Notes: generated from the sequence alone by a model not told the origin. A stretch of 63,040 bases of DNA, filler included, from Olpidium bornovanus S191 (GCA_017911155.1; 26 parts of 26 records of this genome joined end to end with filler, not necessarily neighbours in it), one strand, 5' to 3'; shown: positions 23,791 through 37,463, counted from the first letter of the whole stretch. Numbers and translations are program-made.

Positions 23791-24527
23791 ACTATTTTTT
23801 TCGAGTTCGGGCGTCCGATTCTCGTCCCGTGGGGCTCCTTACCCCAGATTCTCGCCGTTGGGCTCCTGCGAAAGTGCGGTAAAAGCCGGTGTGAACCCGA
23901 CGAATTTTCCCGGAAAGAAAGGAGGGGCGAGGGGAGAGGGGGGGGGGAAGGATAATGCACCCTTTTTTTCAGCATTGCACCAAATGGTCATAGACACAAG
24001 TGTTCCCCACCGTAGAATTACGCAGACTGCAAAAGGGTTGAGGTTGGCCGTGGCTCCGGCGACCGCGCAGGCGACGGCGCCGGCAGCGTCTACGAGGAAA
24101 AACGAATACATGAACCAAAAGTAATACCTTAGAGAGATGCTCACCTGACCGGCTCACACACAACACACGCACGCACACACACTCACACGCCGGCGGTGAA
24201 GGGGAATTTTTAATCTACGCGCCATGTTTTTTTTTCGTTCGTTCTGTACGTCGAGTCTGTCTACCGCAGAGCTGAATGTGCCGTGGAAGCAAGGTGAACG
24301 GCCCCACGACGCCCGGCCGCTGCCCTTATGCCCTCCCGAGTTACTTCCCCATATGCTGGTGTGGGGTGAAGCCCCCTGTCACGTAGCCGCGCAACTGATT
24401 TTGTCCATTGTTACGAAGGGCACGAACNNNNNNNNNNNNNNNNNNNNNNNNNNNNNNNNNNNNNNNNNNNNTTAATTAATTAANNNNNNNNNNNNNNNNN
24501 NNNNNNNNNNNNNNNNNNNNNNNNNNN

Positions 24528-25957
24528 CATGTCAGTGCACGAGGTCGCTGAGCCGGAGCGTCAAAAGCCTTCGAACCAGCCTCGTGGATGCGGGGATCGC
24601 TATCCCGCTGTTCAATCTGCTCGGCGATGAGTCGATTGCCGTGCAGACCACTGCATCTGCAACTTTGTGCAATATCGTGTTGGATTTCTCCCCGATGAAG
24701 AAGGTGCATCCAACGGGGTGGGCGTCCTGTCTTATCAGGTGAATTTCTCCGTTTAGCCCCAAAAATCATTTACTCACGTCGAGTAACTTTTCCTCTGCTG
24801 CCTTCCTGAATTTCAGACAGTCCTGGAAAATGGTGGCGTCGAAAGACTTGTGGGCCTGGTCAGCTCCATGGACGCAAATCTCCGCTTGAACTCCGTCTGG
24901 GCGTTGAAAAATCTGCTTTTCCAGGCCGATTCGGAGATCAAGCAAACGGTCATGCGGCAGCTTAAATATTCGCAACTTATATCGTACGGACACTGCTGAG
25001 TTTGTGTACCGCGCTCTAGAAAAAATGGCGCTAAAATGGCGCTAACGGGCACACGGTGGTTTTACTTTTGGCGTTAGCTTGATTGATGATTCGGATATGG
25101 GAATTCAAGAGCAAGCGCTAAATCTCCTAAGAAATCTCGCCTGCGGCAAGGAATCGGTGAGTTTGGACTCTCGCCCACTTCACGTATGCCGCAGATTTTT
25201 GTTAAATTTTTCGTTCGCTTTTGGCTGGCATGGGCAGGACATAGAAGAAGTGTTCGAAGGAATAGGGGAAGAAAAGCTGATGCGCATACTCGAGTACAAG
25301 CTACGATCTTCGAGCGAGGAGATCATTCTCCAGGTATTTTTGTGCTTACGCGAAGATGGGGCTTGGATTTTGGTAGTGTGGATTATGCAGTTACCTGCGG
25401 GGGTGTTGTCATGGACGTTCATACAGGCACGTATGTCTACCACAGACGCTTTATGTCATTGTGAACATTGCTACCGGCAATGAGCGACACAAAATGGGCA
25501 TCATGCACAACGAGAACCTGCTTCAGTCAGTTTATTCTTTTATGGTACGCTTCGGAACTGTCGCTCCCGGGATTTCCCGAGCAGTTTACCTTATGGCCGG
25601 AACTTGCAACTTTGTTTTACAAGAACCACGAAAAAGCGAACATCCGGGTCGCGACCGTATGGTGCATCATAAATCTGACTTGGTCGGAAGAACGACATCA
25701 AGGTGGGATACGAGCCGTCACGCGACCATAATGATTTTTGAATTCGAGTAACTTCTAATCCTTCGCTATCCGCAGGCTCGCAAGACCACCTTCGACGGCT
25801 TGGACAGATGGGCTTTGAGGACAAGCTAAAGTCTATGGCCGAGGATCCGGATCTTGATGTTCGCGACCGTGTGAAGACCGCGCTCGGACATTTCGCGCCA
25901 GAAAACGTCGGCAACTCAGGTGGAAGCGGCCATAACAGCGGTAGCGTTCGCTCTTGA
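24528..25957 (+). CDS. ARMC8: ARMC8/Vid28 (GID/CTLH complex subunit Gid5), 3' exons
   Basis: Seven exons give [69 protein letters not shown], colinear with remembered ARMC8. Stop at 25955-25957. Confidence 0.9.
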
Positions 25958-28900
25958 ACTCTAACTACGGGACGGTCACGGGCCACTCTGAAATTCAACG
26001 GTGACTGCCGCTCTGCCGTCGCTTCTATCGATATTCGATATTCGCCATCTCCTCTCCTCTTCCTACTTTCGTTTCCCTCGGCTTTTTTCTCCTTACTCTG
26101 TATCTCTTTTTCTTACTTCCAATTCAATTCTTTCTGTCCTGACCTCATTCCTTTCCTTTTGCCCCGTGTTGGTGTCCTCCTTTGCGAGGCACACCGTTGC
26201 GCACACGGGGTGCCCGCCTTCTAAAAAGCCCGTCACCCCCGTTTAGTATTCTTCCACCGCCGCTTTTCTTCCGTTTGCGATTTATCTATGCGGGAGCACC
26301 CACGCAAAATCTACCCCCCCACTTACGACCAGATGCCCGTTAAGGAAAAAGTAGAAGTCAGCCGACGCAAGAGTTGTCAGATTTGCCATTTTTCGCCGGA
26401 CCGCCGACCCCGTCCGGTCGAAATCATGTCGCTGGCCGGTCCGATCCCAAAGGTCCCCGCCGGCAGAACGGCCGGTCCAGAGCTTAACCCCGGGGTTTTT
26501 TTTTTTTTTTTTTTTTGGTTTTCTTGGAAAGGTCACGTCGCGCTGCGGACGCTCCAAGTCTTTGCGTACTTTTCCGCTCCGCCGGCGCTCAGCCTGTCCG
26601 GGTTGAGAGGAACGCGACACCACGCGCGGCAGCGGTCGCCGCGACGCACGCGTAAACGCGCCCACCCTCGGGCCGCACGCGGTGACCGACTGTGAAAAAG
26701 CGTATAGGGCGCGGTTGCGGCGCGGAACGACAACGCGAACGCGAACGTGACGTGACCGGTCTCGAGGGTCGGCAGGAGTTCAGGATTCCTCCGAAGAAAA
26801 GCAGGGTAAAGTATGACAAATCCTTTCTGGCGTCACGTCGCTCTCTCTGTTATCAGCGCTGTCTCAGATGACAACCCCCGTCGAATTCCTCTGCAGGTTC
26901 CACTTTCACAACGACATTGTCCTCCCGCGGGTCGTTCATCTCGACGAGAAGATTATGTGAAACGGCGCAGGCAATGCACAAATTTGCCGTCGCTGATTGC
27001 CTGGTCAACGCGTATTCACATCTCTTGCAACGAGGGCCACCGTGCCATAAGGATCCTGATAGCATGCTCGCTCTTCAACCTCAGGTGCGCGACACACGGA
27101 TCGAAGGACGCTGTTACAAGAGAAAAAGGGATGCCGCGAACACCAAGGACAAAATTCCCAGATTATCTATGGTGAAAATCCAAACTTAAAGGATAGGATT
27201 CCAGCGTGCAGGAATATCAGTGAGGCGTTGCTAGGGTGGGAGGGCGGCTCCCCTCACGCCTCAGAAAATCCCATGACGCCCCGAACATCTCGACACAACG
27301 TAGAAAATCCCGCGAAGCGAACTCCAGCGTCGAAGAGCGGGCAAAAAGAGCCGGAGACGCGCTCGAGGGGCGGCGACAGGAATCCGAAGAGAGCGTGGAA
27401 AATTGCAGAGAAAGATCGTGTGGAGGAAGAGAGGAGGAGAGGGAGAGAGAAAGAGAAACTTAGCAAGGAAATCCGGACGGCGAATTTTGGAATTCCGAGT
27501 CGCCGTATTAAAACTTCGACCCCTCACAAGGCTCAGCCGGTCCCCAACTGCCCGCAGTTTTCCCCTCTAAGGCGCGGTTTGCGGCGCCCTTGCTGCTCGG
27601 CCATTGAATACAGGCACAGTAGTTGTCGTGATCGGTTAGCCGATGCGGTGAGCAAGTACACTCCTCGGGCAAAGCAAAACGAAGATTGACGGCAAGGATC
27701 CACGCCTCGATAGACCGTGGCATCGTGGCTGCCTCCACTTTAGGCTGCCAACCATACCGTTATCCGACATCGGTTGTATACAACAACCTGCGCTGCAAAG
27801 GAATATCTTCCCTTTCGATAAAAGCACCAGCCATGAAAATTTTTCCGGGAGCGGGAAAGTGGTCCGGTTTATGAATCTGATATATCCGACAAATCTTTCG
27901 TTTCCAAGTGCGGCGGAAATTTGATCGCGACGGCCGGGATCGGGCCAACGANNNNNNNNNNNNNNNNNNNNNNNNNNNNNNNNNNNNNNNNNNNNTTAAT
28001 TAATTAANNNNNNNNNNNNNNNNNNNNNNNNNNNNNNNNNNNNNNNNNNNNCATGCCGTAGAAATCACTCCGCACGAACACAGACACCAACGCGGGTTGG
28101 GTCCATCTATGCGAACTCGACTTTGGTGGCAATTACACGTAATGCAACTTCGTTGACAGCGGAAGAGGGCATTTTAGGTGTTTAGGATTATACACAGGGG
28201 GGATACGCGACGGTGGATGGGTCAGGCACGATTTACTGCGCGGGGCAGATTTGAAGTGTGTGGATGCGCGCGACGTTGGATATAATGCAGGACACACAGG
28301 ATTTGTGGCCGATGCGCAAAAGGGTGGATGCACGGAAGGCGAAGCGGATGCGCGACGGAGGGTTCTGCCAACTGCCTACCACACGAATAGAAAAAACGAG
28401 CTGGCGGCGTGCTCATGATGCAGTCTCGTAAAAGGCGTGTACATAAAATTGCCCGCCCCCGCCCGCCCGCGCCGCCTGTTTGTTTATTTATATTTATTTT
28501 CCCCATCAAAAACAAGGCATCACGGGCGCCTACCCCCCCTCCACTCCAAAGGACACGATTACATTCCTCGCGTGCGCCATCTTTAGAAGGCCGAGAAAGG
28601 TTTACTCCACGACGGGGCCGCACGACTTCCACAACCACCTACAAGATTGAGGAACTGATACAGACGCAACCGTTTGCTGCCGTCAAAGTCTGCAATACAA
28701 AGTCTCCCGATCAGCTAATTTTGCCACCCGCTCTCGCGTTGTTCGATGTTTGCTTCTTTATCGTTGCTTGGCACAGCACTCTCTCCTGCCGTCTGTGCTT
28801 CCATCATGGACCATGCCGGCCTGAACACGGAGAGCATCATCTGCTTCTGGCAGCACTCGGGGTTTCACCGCGTAATTCGCTGCTTCCACTCGTTTTGTCA

Positions 28901-29753
28901 CAACCGCCCTCCGTCCCTTTCCGCTCTGCGCCCTGTTTCGCTCCGCTTGTTACTTCCACCAAATCGTACTCGTGCCGCAATGCCATGCGTGCAGGGTGAA
29001 CAAAGCGGGGTTTGAGTGCGGAGCAGTTGATGGCCCACGCCATGCTTTGTTCGTGCGTTTTCCGCCGGTTTGCGGTGTGGGGGCGTGCTGAGAAGGGGCT
29101 TGCGGCGACTTTTTTTTTTTTTTTTTTTTTTGCGTTTAGGGCGTCGCACAGTTCGGGGTACGTGCAACTACCGCCCATTTAAGTGCAAACGCGCGCTTGG
29201 GTGAAGGCCGTCGGCTTCCACTCCCAGGCGAGGAGCGATTTGCAGGATCGCAAGCGAGATCGCCCGGTGACCACCCCGCCAGGCCCAGCGCTGGTGATTT
29301 ACCGTCTCCCGCACCATCGGTGGTTCTAAGGCTGATAAAGGCGAGCCGGGCCCTTTATCCGCTTGCAATTTTGTCTGAATCTTGCGCCCGGGGCGTGCCC
29401 GCGCGTCGTTTGGAGCTGCTTATAAAGTGCGGCGGAATGTTGGTCCTTTGGCGCCGAATCAAGGGCGGTTTCCGACGGGGGTTTGGCGTGGCCGTTGTGG
29501 GAGGGAACAACGGCAAACGCATGCGGTTGCTCCTCCTGGAGGGCAACTTTAATGAATTTGGCCGTGCTGATGATTCAGATGACGGACTGATCGATCGATT
29601 GATTGCCCTATCATCCCCCGATCAGTGTTACAGTAATCAANNNNNNNNNNNNNNNNNNNNNNNNNNNNNNNNNNNNNNNNNNNNTTAATTAATTAANNNN
29701 NNNNNNNNNNNNNNNNNNNNNNNNNNNNNNNNNNNNNNNNGGGGGGGGGGGGG

Positions 29754-29819
<66 letters not shown>

Positions 29820-29927
29820 GAAAGGAGGGAGACGGGACGGGGAAGAGGCGGCCTGTTCCCCACACTTTCGCTTTTCTTGCAAACGCCTGTCTCACGCCTG
29901 GAAGCCCGCCACGCCTTCTCCCCCCAG

Positions 29928-30752
29928 GTACAAGGGTTTTCTGAAAGACTGCCCGTCGGGCGTTCTCGACAAGACCGAGTTCCAGAAGATCTACAAACAG
30001 TTCTTCCCGTTCGGCGACCCGTCGCGGTTCGCCGAGTACGTGTTCAACGTGTTCGACGCGAACAAGAACGGGTCGATCGACTTCAAGGAATTCATATGCG
30101 CGCTGTCGGTCACGTCGCGCGGCCAGCTGGAAGAGAAACTGCTATGTGTGTATGTGCGCGCGCGTGTGCGGGCGGGGGGGGGGCCGGGGGGCCGGGGGGA
30201 AGAGGGGAAGAGGGGAAGAGGGGAAGGAGGAGGCTGTTTGGCCGGGCAGTTCGCCAGCCGGAAAAGTTTTGCGCCCTTGCCTCTTCTTGATCCTGACGTG
30301 TTTGCCGCTTTCGCCGAAACCCGGTGAAAAAAATATTAATAAATAAACAAAAAAGGGGCGTTCCAGCTGTACGACATCGACAACGACGGCTTCATTAAGA
30401 AAGAAGAGATGCTGAAGATCGTCGACGCGATCTACAAGATGGTCGGGTCTATGGTCAAGCTGCCGCCAGACGAGGACACCCCGGAAAAGCGGGTGGAGAA
30501 GATATTCCGGAATTTTGACATGGTGAGGAACCCCGCCCCCTTTATAAAAACGATCGTCACCCGTTTTCCGGTTAAGGGGAGGGGGGGTGGGGGAGATGGG
30601 GGAAAGTGGACGCGGACGAGCTAACCGGGCTCTGCACCGCCGCCGAACCTCAGGACCAGGACGAGCGACTGAATTTCGAAGAGTTCAAAAACGGTTCGAA
30701 GAAAGATCCCACCATCGTCCAAGCGCTTTCGTTATACGACGGTCTCGTTTGA
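29928..30752 (+). CDS. FRQ1: Neuronal calcium sensor NCS-1/frequenin (EF-hand), 5'-partial
   Basis: [76 protein letters not shown]. Exons start at 29928, 30356 and about 30655. Confidence 0.95.
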
Positions 30753-31086
30753 CGGTAGCGACGAATTTTTTTTTGTGTTTTTTTTTTTTTCGGCCGCGGT
30801 TTCCGTCCCGCGACGCGTTTTTCGGGGAAAAAAAAAAAAAGCTGAACGACGGGAGAATTTCGCGCGCCCCGCCCCGCCTCGTTTGAAAAGACGATTGCAA
30901 ACCCGGGCGCGGATGTAATACTTTTTCTTTTTTGTGAATATTTTGCGGGCCGTTCCTTCACCCCGCCCGATAAAAAAAAAAAAAAANNNNNNNNNNNNNN
31001 NNNNNNNNNNNNNNNNNNNNNNNNNNNNNNTTAATTAATTAANNNNNNNNNNNNNNNNNNNNNNNNNNNNNNNNNNNNNNNNNNNN

Positions 31087-32643
31087 CCCCCGTCGACCTG
31101 CGCGACGACTTGGTTGGTTATGACAACGGCGACGCCGAACTTTTGGACAGGTGCACACAGTTTCCATTTGGCGGACAAAGAGCAAAAGTGAGCGTTCCGT
31201 TTAGGCGGCTACTTGCACAGGGTCCTTGAATTAACCGCGAGGACAAAATTGCAAAGTTGTGGCCGGTCCTTACCTCGTTTGCGATGTTCATCAAGCTTCG
31301 CAGGAACCGCCCTAAGTGCATCTGCCGGGCAGCCAGCTCCCCTCTTCCAGCAAAATCGGTACGGTACAAAGCCATTGCACTGTCGACTATGAGCAGAGCG
31401 AACCTAAATCACACGGAAGGACCATCAGTGCCGCTCACATACTTGGGCTTCGCGTTATCAGGCGTTCGACCGTTCCGAGGCTTTACCTAGTCTCCGACAT
31501 CATAGCTGCGGCTTGGATCAACAGCGCAGTCTGGTGATCGGCGTTATAGGCGCGGGCGTAAGCGACATTATCCAAGACTTCGTCACCGTTGAGGTTGTAC
31601 CTGTCGCCGGACGTGTCGATGGGTTCCTTGTCAGCGAAACACGCTCAGGCAGGCCACGAGCGTATGCGAATTTTTGATTCGGCTCACCGCTCCGCTATCG
31701 CCAAGAGTCGCTCCGGACGGAACGTGCCTTCCGTGTCAATATACAGGCACTTCCCCTCGCCGCCACCCATCTGCGTCGGTAGCTGGCACGTAACGGCCAT
31801 AGTGTGGCATATCTGCGACTTCCCTGTTCGAAACTCGCCAAAAATTTCTGTAATCGCGCCGGTCTCGATGCCACCTGGTATAATATGAGCTTTGCTTGAA
31901 CGACCAACGATAACGCACGAACTTCCGGCTGGTAGCTACCGCGAGCTTTTTCTCACGCACCCCTAAGCAGTTTGTCCAACTCCGACGATCCCGTCGAGAT
32001 CATCACCAGATCTTTGCGGCGTTCATGGTACTCGGTGGCGGAAATAAATCCCATTGGAACGAGCTTGGACGCTGGTCGGGAATTCGGCGAAAAACGACGC
32101 GTACTTTCAGCGGCCGAACGCGATGCGCGAAGAGTTGCGATCGGAACGGTGCGGCGCGCCGGCCAAGCCGGGGGCGAATCCTTGACCAGGCAGGTGAGCA
32201 GGTAGGGACAAGGCAGGGGCGAGGACGGCGGTCGCCGCTTTCAGACCTTCGGCCAAGATCTTGTCCGCCTTGGCCTCCGAAATGCCGCGGACGTTGAGCA
32301 GCGTCTTCTTGGGCGTGAACGCGACGGACTCCACGGTGTGGAAACCGGCATCATTCAGCTTCTTGACGTCAGCGGCGCCAATGCCGCATTCCTGCAGCGC
32401 CCGGTAGGTGGACCGTTGGTTCAAAGCCGTCATCGACTGGCGAACGGCAGCAAACGACACGTGCCCGCCTCGCGGACAGCGTACGGCCGCCGCGGAAGGA
32501 GGCGTACGGGGGTGGGGAAGGGGTAGTGCACTTGCCCATAGGGAGGACACACGCACCTCAAGCCTCTGGAGCGGAAGGGGGCCGCCAAAGCCTTCTTCCT
32601 CGGCGTCCTGCAGCAGGTCGTGGTCGGCGGCAGTTGCCGCCAT
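31087..32643 (-). CDS. RAD51: Recombinase Rad51 (3'-partial)
   Basis: ..[13 protein letters not shown]|[83 protein letters not shown] over about 7 exons. Residues are RAD51-type rather than DMC1-type. Confidence 0.95.
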
Positions 32644-32916
32644 GCCTTCTTCCTGCAGAAGGTCGTCTGGTCCGGAAGCGAGGTCGAGCGGGCGATGGGA
32701 GTTCTGCGCGCGCGGGGTCGGGGGCGCCAGGCGGGGACGGCGGTTTTTTTTTTTTTTTTTTTTTTTTTTCCTTTTGGCTGACTGGCTGGCCAGTTTCCGG
32801 CCCTGATTTTTTTTTTTGGATATTTTTTGATTTTTTCTTCCTCCCCTAACCAACACCCCCTTTGTTGTCCCGCCCCTCGAAAAAACTTTCCCGCCCACGC
32901 GGCTCCAGCGTGCAAA

Positions 32917-33963
32917 ATGGTCGAGGGCGAGCAAACCAAGGGCGGCGGCGCCGTGCCGGCCAGGTGAGCGGAGGAACGAAATGGTTGGGGAAAGAAAGCG
33001 GACGAGAGAAGCCTTCTCCGCCTTGTGCCTCGGCGGCGAAATAGTTTTTGGACCGTATTGGCGACCTGGCAGCTCCTTGTTTGCGTGTGTTGTGGCGTTC
33101 CGCTGCTGCCGGGCGCTGTTTTGCCTGTTTCGCGCTTTGATAGCTAGCGCAGCGAGGGGCCCAAACGGGCGGTACTGCGCCAGCAGGGGTCGGATGTCGC
33201 TGCCGGCTGCGTGATGTCACTAACCAACTCAGCATGTCTTGCTCGGAACGGCATGTTCCCAGCGCGCCGTCCGCCCCGCCAAAGTTCACGGTGGAGGCCG
33301 TGACCCTGCTCAAGAAGCGCAAGTCTAGGGACAAGGAGCAGATTGCGCAAGCGAACGCGAACGCGGCGAGGCGGAAGGTGAGGCTCGCACCGCTACCGGG
33401 CTTGTGGCCGCTGCGCTGCTGGAGGACAAAAGAGGATGTGTCCCTCATGAAGCACACGGCGAATACGGCCTTCCCTTCCAGAGCAAGCAAGCGTTTCGCA
33501 GTGCACTTGTACTGACGAAACGTTTCGTTTCTGTGCACAGAGGAACCGCAAGGGAGAGAAGTCAACGTTCAAGCGAGCGGACGAGTTTGTGACGGAATGC
33601 CTGGCCGCCGAGAAGGATACGAAGCGGTGCAGGCTTGTGAAGTACACAAAAGGTTTCAACAAGCCAAAGTCGTTCGACCTCGTCTTCGCCATTCGCACTA
33701 AGAAGTACGTTCAGCTGAGCAGGCTTCGGGTGTGCCAGCCACCTCAATTTGCAAACTGACATTGCCTGCACGCTTGATTTGTAAGGGGTAGCAAACTAGG
33801 GCCGCAGACGGAGAAGATTCTCAAGCGGCTGCGGCTGGGCACCATGTACAGCGGCGTATTTCTGCGGTACAACGACATCGTTGCCGAGATGCTCGCCGTC
33901 GTTGCGCCATTCGTCGTGTGGGGGACGCCGACCCTCAAGTCTGTCAAGGATTTAATCTACAAG
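32917..33963 (+). CDS. RLP7: Ribosomal protein L7/uL30-like ribosome biogenesis protein (Rlp7/RPL7L1-like), 3'-partial
   Basis: [52 protein letters not shown] is the uL30/L7 fold. Its divergence suggests the Rlp7 paralogue rather than RPL7. Confidence 0.75.
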
Positions 33964-34720
33964 NNNNNNNNNNNNNNNNNNNNNNNNNNNNNNNNNNNNN
34001 NNNNNNNTTAATTAATTAANNNNNNNNNNNNNNNNNNNNNNNNNNNNNNNNNNNNNNNNNNNNCATGACGATGAACGACTCACCGACAGCATCCAGAGAA
34101 AATGAAGACTGCCCACGCAAAAGAATGAATCGACAGTCAGGCCGGCGCGTACGCCAAATGGTACTGAGTAATCTTCAACAATAAGGACACGTCAGCCCTG
34201 CCGCACGTTCCAAATTTTCTGGCACCGGAACTGCCGCCGATGAGGACGGTGTAAACTTGGGGGGGCCGCTTTGGGCGCAACCTGATAATAAAACGAAATA
34301 AAAATTAAGAAAGAAAAAAAATGATCGGGCTTTTTTTTCCTTTTTTTTATTTTTTTTTTGTTTTACGGTTTCCGGTGTGAATCTGGTTGCGGGTTGGTCA
34401 CGCGAGCAGCGGAGGGCTTTGTGGTACGGCATCTTAATCGGGCGTTGTGCACGAGGCGCCGCTGGGCCGGGCGCGGCGGCGGAGGCGGGGCGCGGTCGAC
34501 CGTAGCAACACAGCAGCAGCCCTCGCCCCCGCAGAGGCTGGACGGGCCGCGCGCTCTCGCTCGACGGAACGACCGCGCGCGGGCAGCGCGAAGGGGAAGG
34601 GGACGAGGGGAGGGGTGGACGGCGAAACACCTCACTCCCCAGGACACGAGGCCTACCACCCGGGTCTTTGTCGCGCGCGCCGTCGGGGCTTCACACGGCG
34701 CGGTTCGTGTCCCGCCAAGG

Positions 34721-36768
34721 ATGGTCCGGCCGCTGTTGACTCTCGCGCCGTCGGCGCGACGCCACGAGATCGGCGCCGGCAGGCGGCGCGCTCGCGGCGT
34801 CCGGCGAAGGCTGACGCCGCTGGCGCTGCTCGCTCTGGGCGCAGCGGCGGCGGCCGCCGACGCCACCGCGGGAGTAATCGCGAACGACCTCTTGGAACGC
34901 GCTGCGAACGCGTCGCTCTTCTGGAACACCCGGCCGAACGTGTACTTCGGGACGGCTCCTCGGCTGCCCTTTTCGCTGAAGACAGGCCTGATGTGGTTCT
35001 CCCTGGAATCGTACGATGGGTGGCAAAGTGCGCGACGCCGTTGCGCTTTCCGGTAGTTCGTGTTCGGCGCGGAGGCGCCTCCGATCGTCGTTGTGCAGCG
35101 ACGCGGGCGTTCGCAGAGAGCGCTCAACTTGCGTCCTGTGACAGACCCACGGCACAGCTGCGAGGAGGGTGACCATATTGAAAAATATGGTTACATACGG
35201 AACGACGGTCGCACGTTTGGGGAGCAAGAAATCGTGGACAGCAAAAATAGCGTGGTTCTGAAAGTGAGATCTTTACTCACCTATCCCTGGCCGTGAATCG
35301 TCGGAGTTTGACTACATGCTGTTTTTTATTGAGCGCATTCACTGTCTCCATTTCGCACCGCACACAGACGGAGTTCATCAAAAGTCCACCTGTTGAGTAC
35401 GGAACTGACTGGGCAGTACGTGTGTCTGGGAAGGCCGCAGGAAAAGGTGGTTCAGGTCAACTTTTGAGTGCTGGGCTGACAGCAGGCCGCCGGCAAACCA
35501 AGGGTGAAAGTGGATGGGCGGAAACTAACGCCTTGGGGTCGTGAGCAGATCCGGCAATAATTGGCATACAGTATTACGTGGCGTTGGAAGCTGCTGGAAA
35601 ATTGAAATTGGATCCGAAGACGGACCCAGATGGTCCGCTTGTTTTGCGCGGTTCGATGCCGGAACTGGGAAACTTTACCCTGAGCGTGATCGATGGTAAG
35701 CGGCGCGCTGCCCCTCGGTGTTCCGCGACAGATGTTCCGCTTTTGGCTTTTGCGAACCGGACGATGGCGACCCTTCCAGGGAGCGACATCCATCCGCCCG
35801 AAATGCACGGTGCAACGGACAAGCTCGTAGGCTATAACAGGACTCAGTACGCGGGCGTTGCGGTTCCTCCCTCAGAGGCGTGGAGGGCGGCCGGTAATGT
35901 TGGAAATCGCCGCGCCCGGTTGATCTGGAAAAATCGTACCCTTTGTGCGATGCGCCCAGCTGAAATGGTGCGCTGTTTCCGTCCAGATATCATGAGGATG
36001 ACCGTGTCTTCGCACGCAAACAATCTCCTGAGCAAGATGCCGCAATCTATGAAGCGACCTCCCCCGCCTGCGTTGATTGGCCTGCCTGACACCGTAGACA
36101 AGGATGCGAATTTTTTTTTGTTTCAAAAGACGTTGACGACTCCATTTGACGTGGGTGGTGATATATGCCCTACTTTTTTTTTTTTTCCTTTTTGGAAAGT
36201 CTAATTGTCAACGTGTGTTGTGCGCGAAATTAGTTCCAGGTGCTCTTCACCTCCGAAGCCACGCCGCGCAATCTCAAACGTAATACGCATCTGTACTTAT
36301 GTGTGGACTCTCTCTGCGTTTGGTATTCCGAGTGACGAACGCGTGCTAATGTGTACATTAGCCGAAACGGTTGAAAGTGAATTCCAAGAGGCTCAGAGAA
36401 AGTTCGACGAGCGCTTCGAAGACAAATTCCACCTGAACGAGAAGGGTTATTCCCCCGATGAAATCGACTTCGCAAAGTCTTGTTTGAGTAATCTCCTCGG
36501 TGGAATAGGGTGAGCGGAACACTGTGTTGCAAGTTCATGACCCTCGTTCGGTCGATAGTTACGGCCCTGTATGACCATGCAGGTTTTTCCACGGAACGAG
36601 CATTGTGGATCCGACGCCTTTTGATGAGGAAGAAGAATTCGAGCGCATGGCGGATGGCGCGGTGGAACCTGCGCCTGTGCGGAAAGCTGTAGATCCTCAG
36701 TTAACGTCGCCCATGTCCCTGTTCACTGCGACCCCGTCGCGATCATTTTACCCGCGCGGATTTTATTG
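34721..36768 (+). CDS. CWH41: Mannosyl-oligosaccharide glucosidase I (GH63), 3'-partial
   Basis: N-terminal TM segment, then LFWNTRPNVYFG..PRLPFSLKTGLMWF, RHSCE, TEFIK, DWAVRVSG, SNLLGGIG and LFTATPSRSFYPRGFYW. Confidence 0.92.
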
Positions 36769-36928
36769 GTCAGTTGGAACGAAAAAAAAAACCGCAGCCT
36801 GGAACCAGTAGATTAATGTCTAATCGCGNNNNNNNNNNNNNNNNNNNNNNNNNNNNNNNNNNNNNNNNNNNNTTAATTAATTAANNNNNNNNNNNNNNNN
36901 NNNNNNNNNNNNNNNNNNNNNNNNNNNN

Positions 36929-37445
36929 CATGTCGCAAAAAACATTTGAACGTCTCGAAAAAAAGAAGATTCCCACATTGCATAAAAAAGAACATTCGCA
37001 CGTCGCAAAAAAAAAAAGATTCCCGCGCCGCAAAATAAAAGAAGATTCGCACATCGCAAAAAAAAAAGATTCGCACATCGCCAAAGAAAGAAGATTCGCA
37101 CATCGCATAAAAAAAAAGATTCTCACGTCGCAAAAAAAAAGAAGATTCGCACGTCGCATAAAAAAGAAGATTCTCACGCCCCAAAAGAAGAAGATTCGAA
37201 CGTCGCAAAAAAAAGGTTCACACGTCGCAAAAAAAGAAGATTCGCACGTAACAAAAAAAAATATTCGCACGTCGCAAAAAAAAGAAGATTCGCACTTCGC
37301 AAAAAAAAGAAGATTCGCACGTCGCAAAAAGAAGATTTACACGTCGCATAAAAAAGAAGATTTGTACATCGCAAAAAACAAGAAGATTCGCACGTCGCAA
37401 AAAAGGAAGATTTGCACGTTGCAAAAAAGAAGTTTCCTGCGTTCA
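36929..37445. repeat. A-rich minisatellite, about 20 copies of a roughly 21-25-bp unit
   Basis: Consensus GAAGATTCGCACGTCGC(A)5-10, with variable A-tract length and substitutions in the core. Confidence 0.95.
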
Positions 37446-37463
37446 GATGACTTTTGACATTTG

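Noticed and set aside
26853-27065. ORF with CKRC...CIAC, resembling a zinc finger
   Set aside because: Spacing fits no family I recognise, and there is no supporting splice structure or codon evidence.
28052-29640. Contig with several 60-200-aa ORFs
   Set aside because: No frame gave a recognisable domain or a consistent exon chain.
36930-37457. 175-aa Lys-rich ORF (KKEDSHVAKK repeats) and Phe-rich antisense ORFs
   Set aside because: These are translations of a minisatellite with variable A-tract lengths that do not preserve codon phase. Openness follows from composition.
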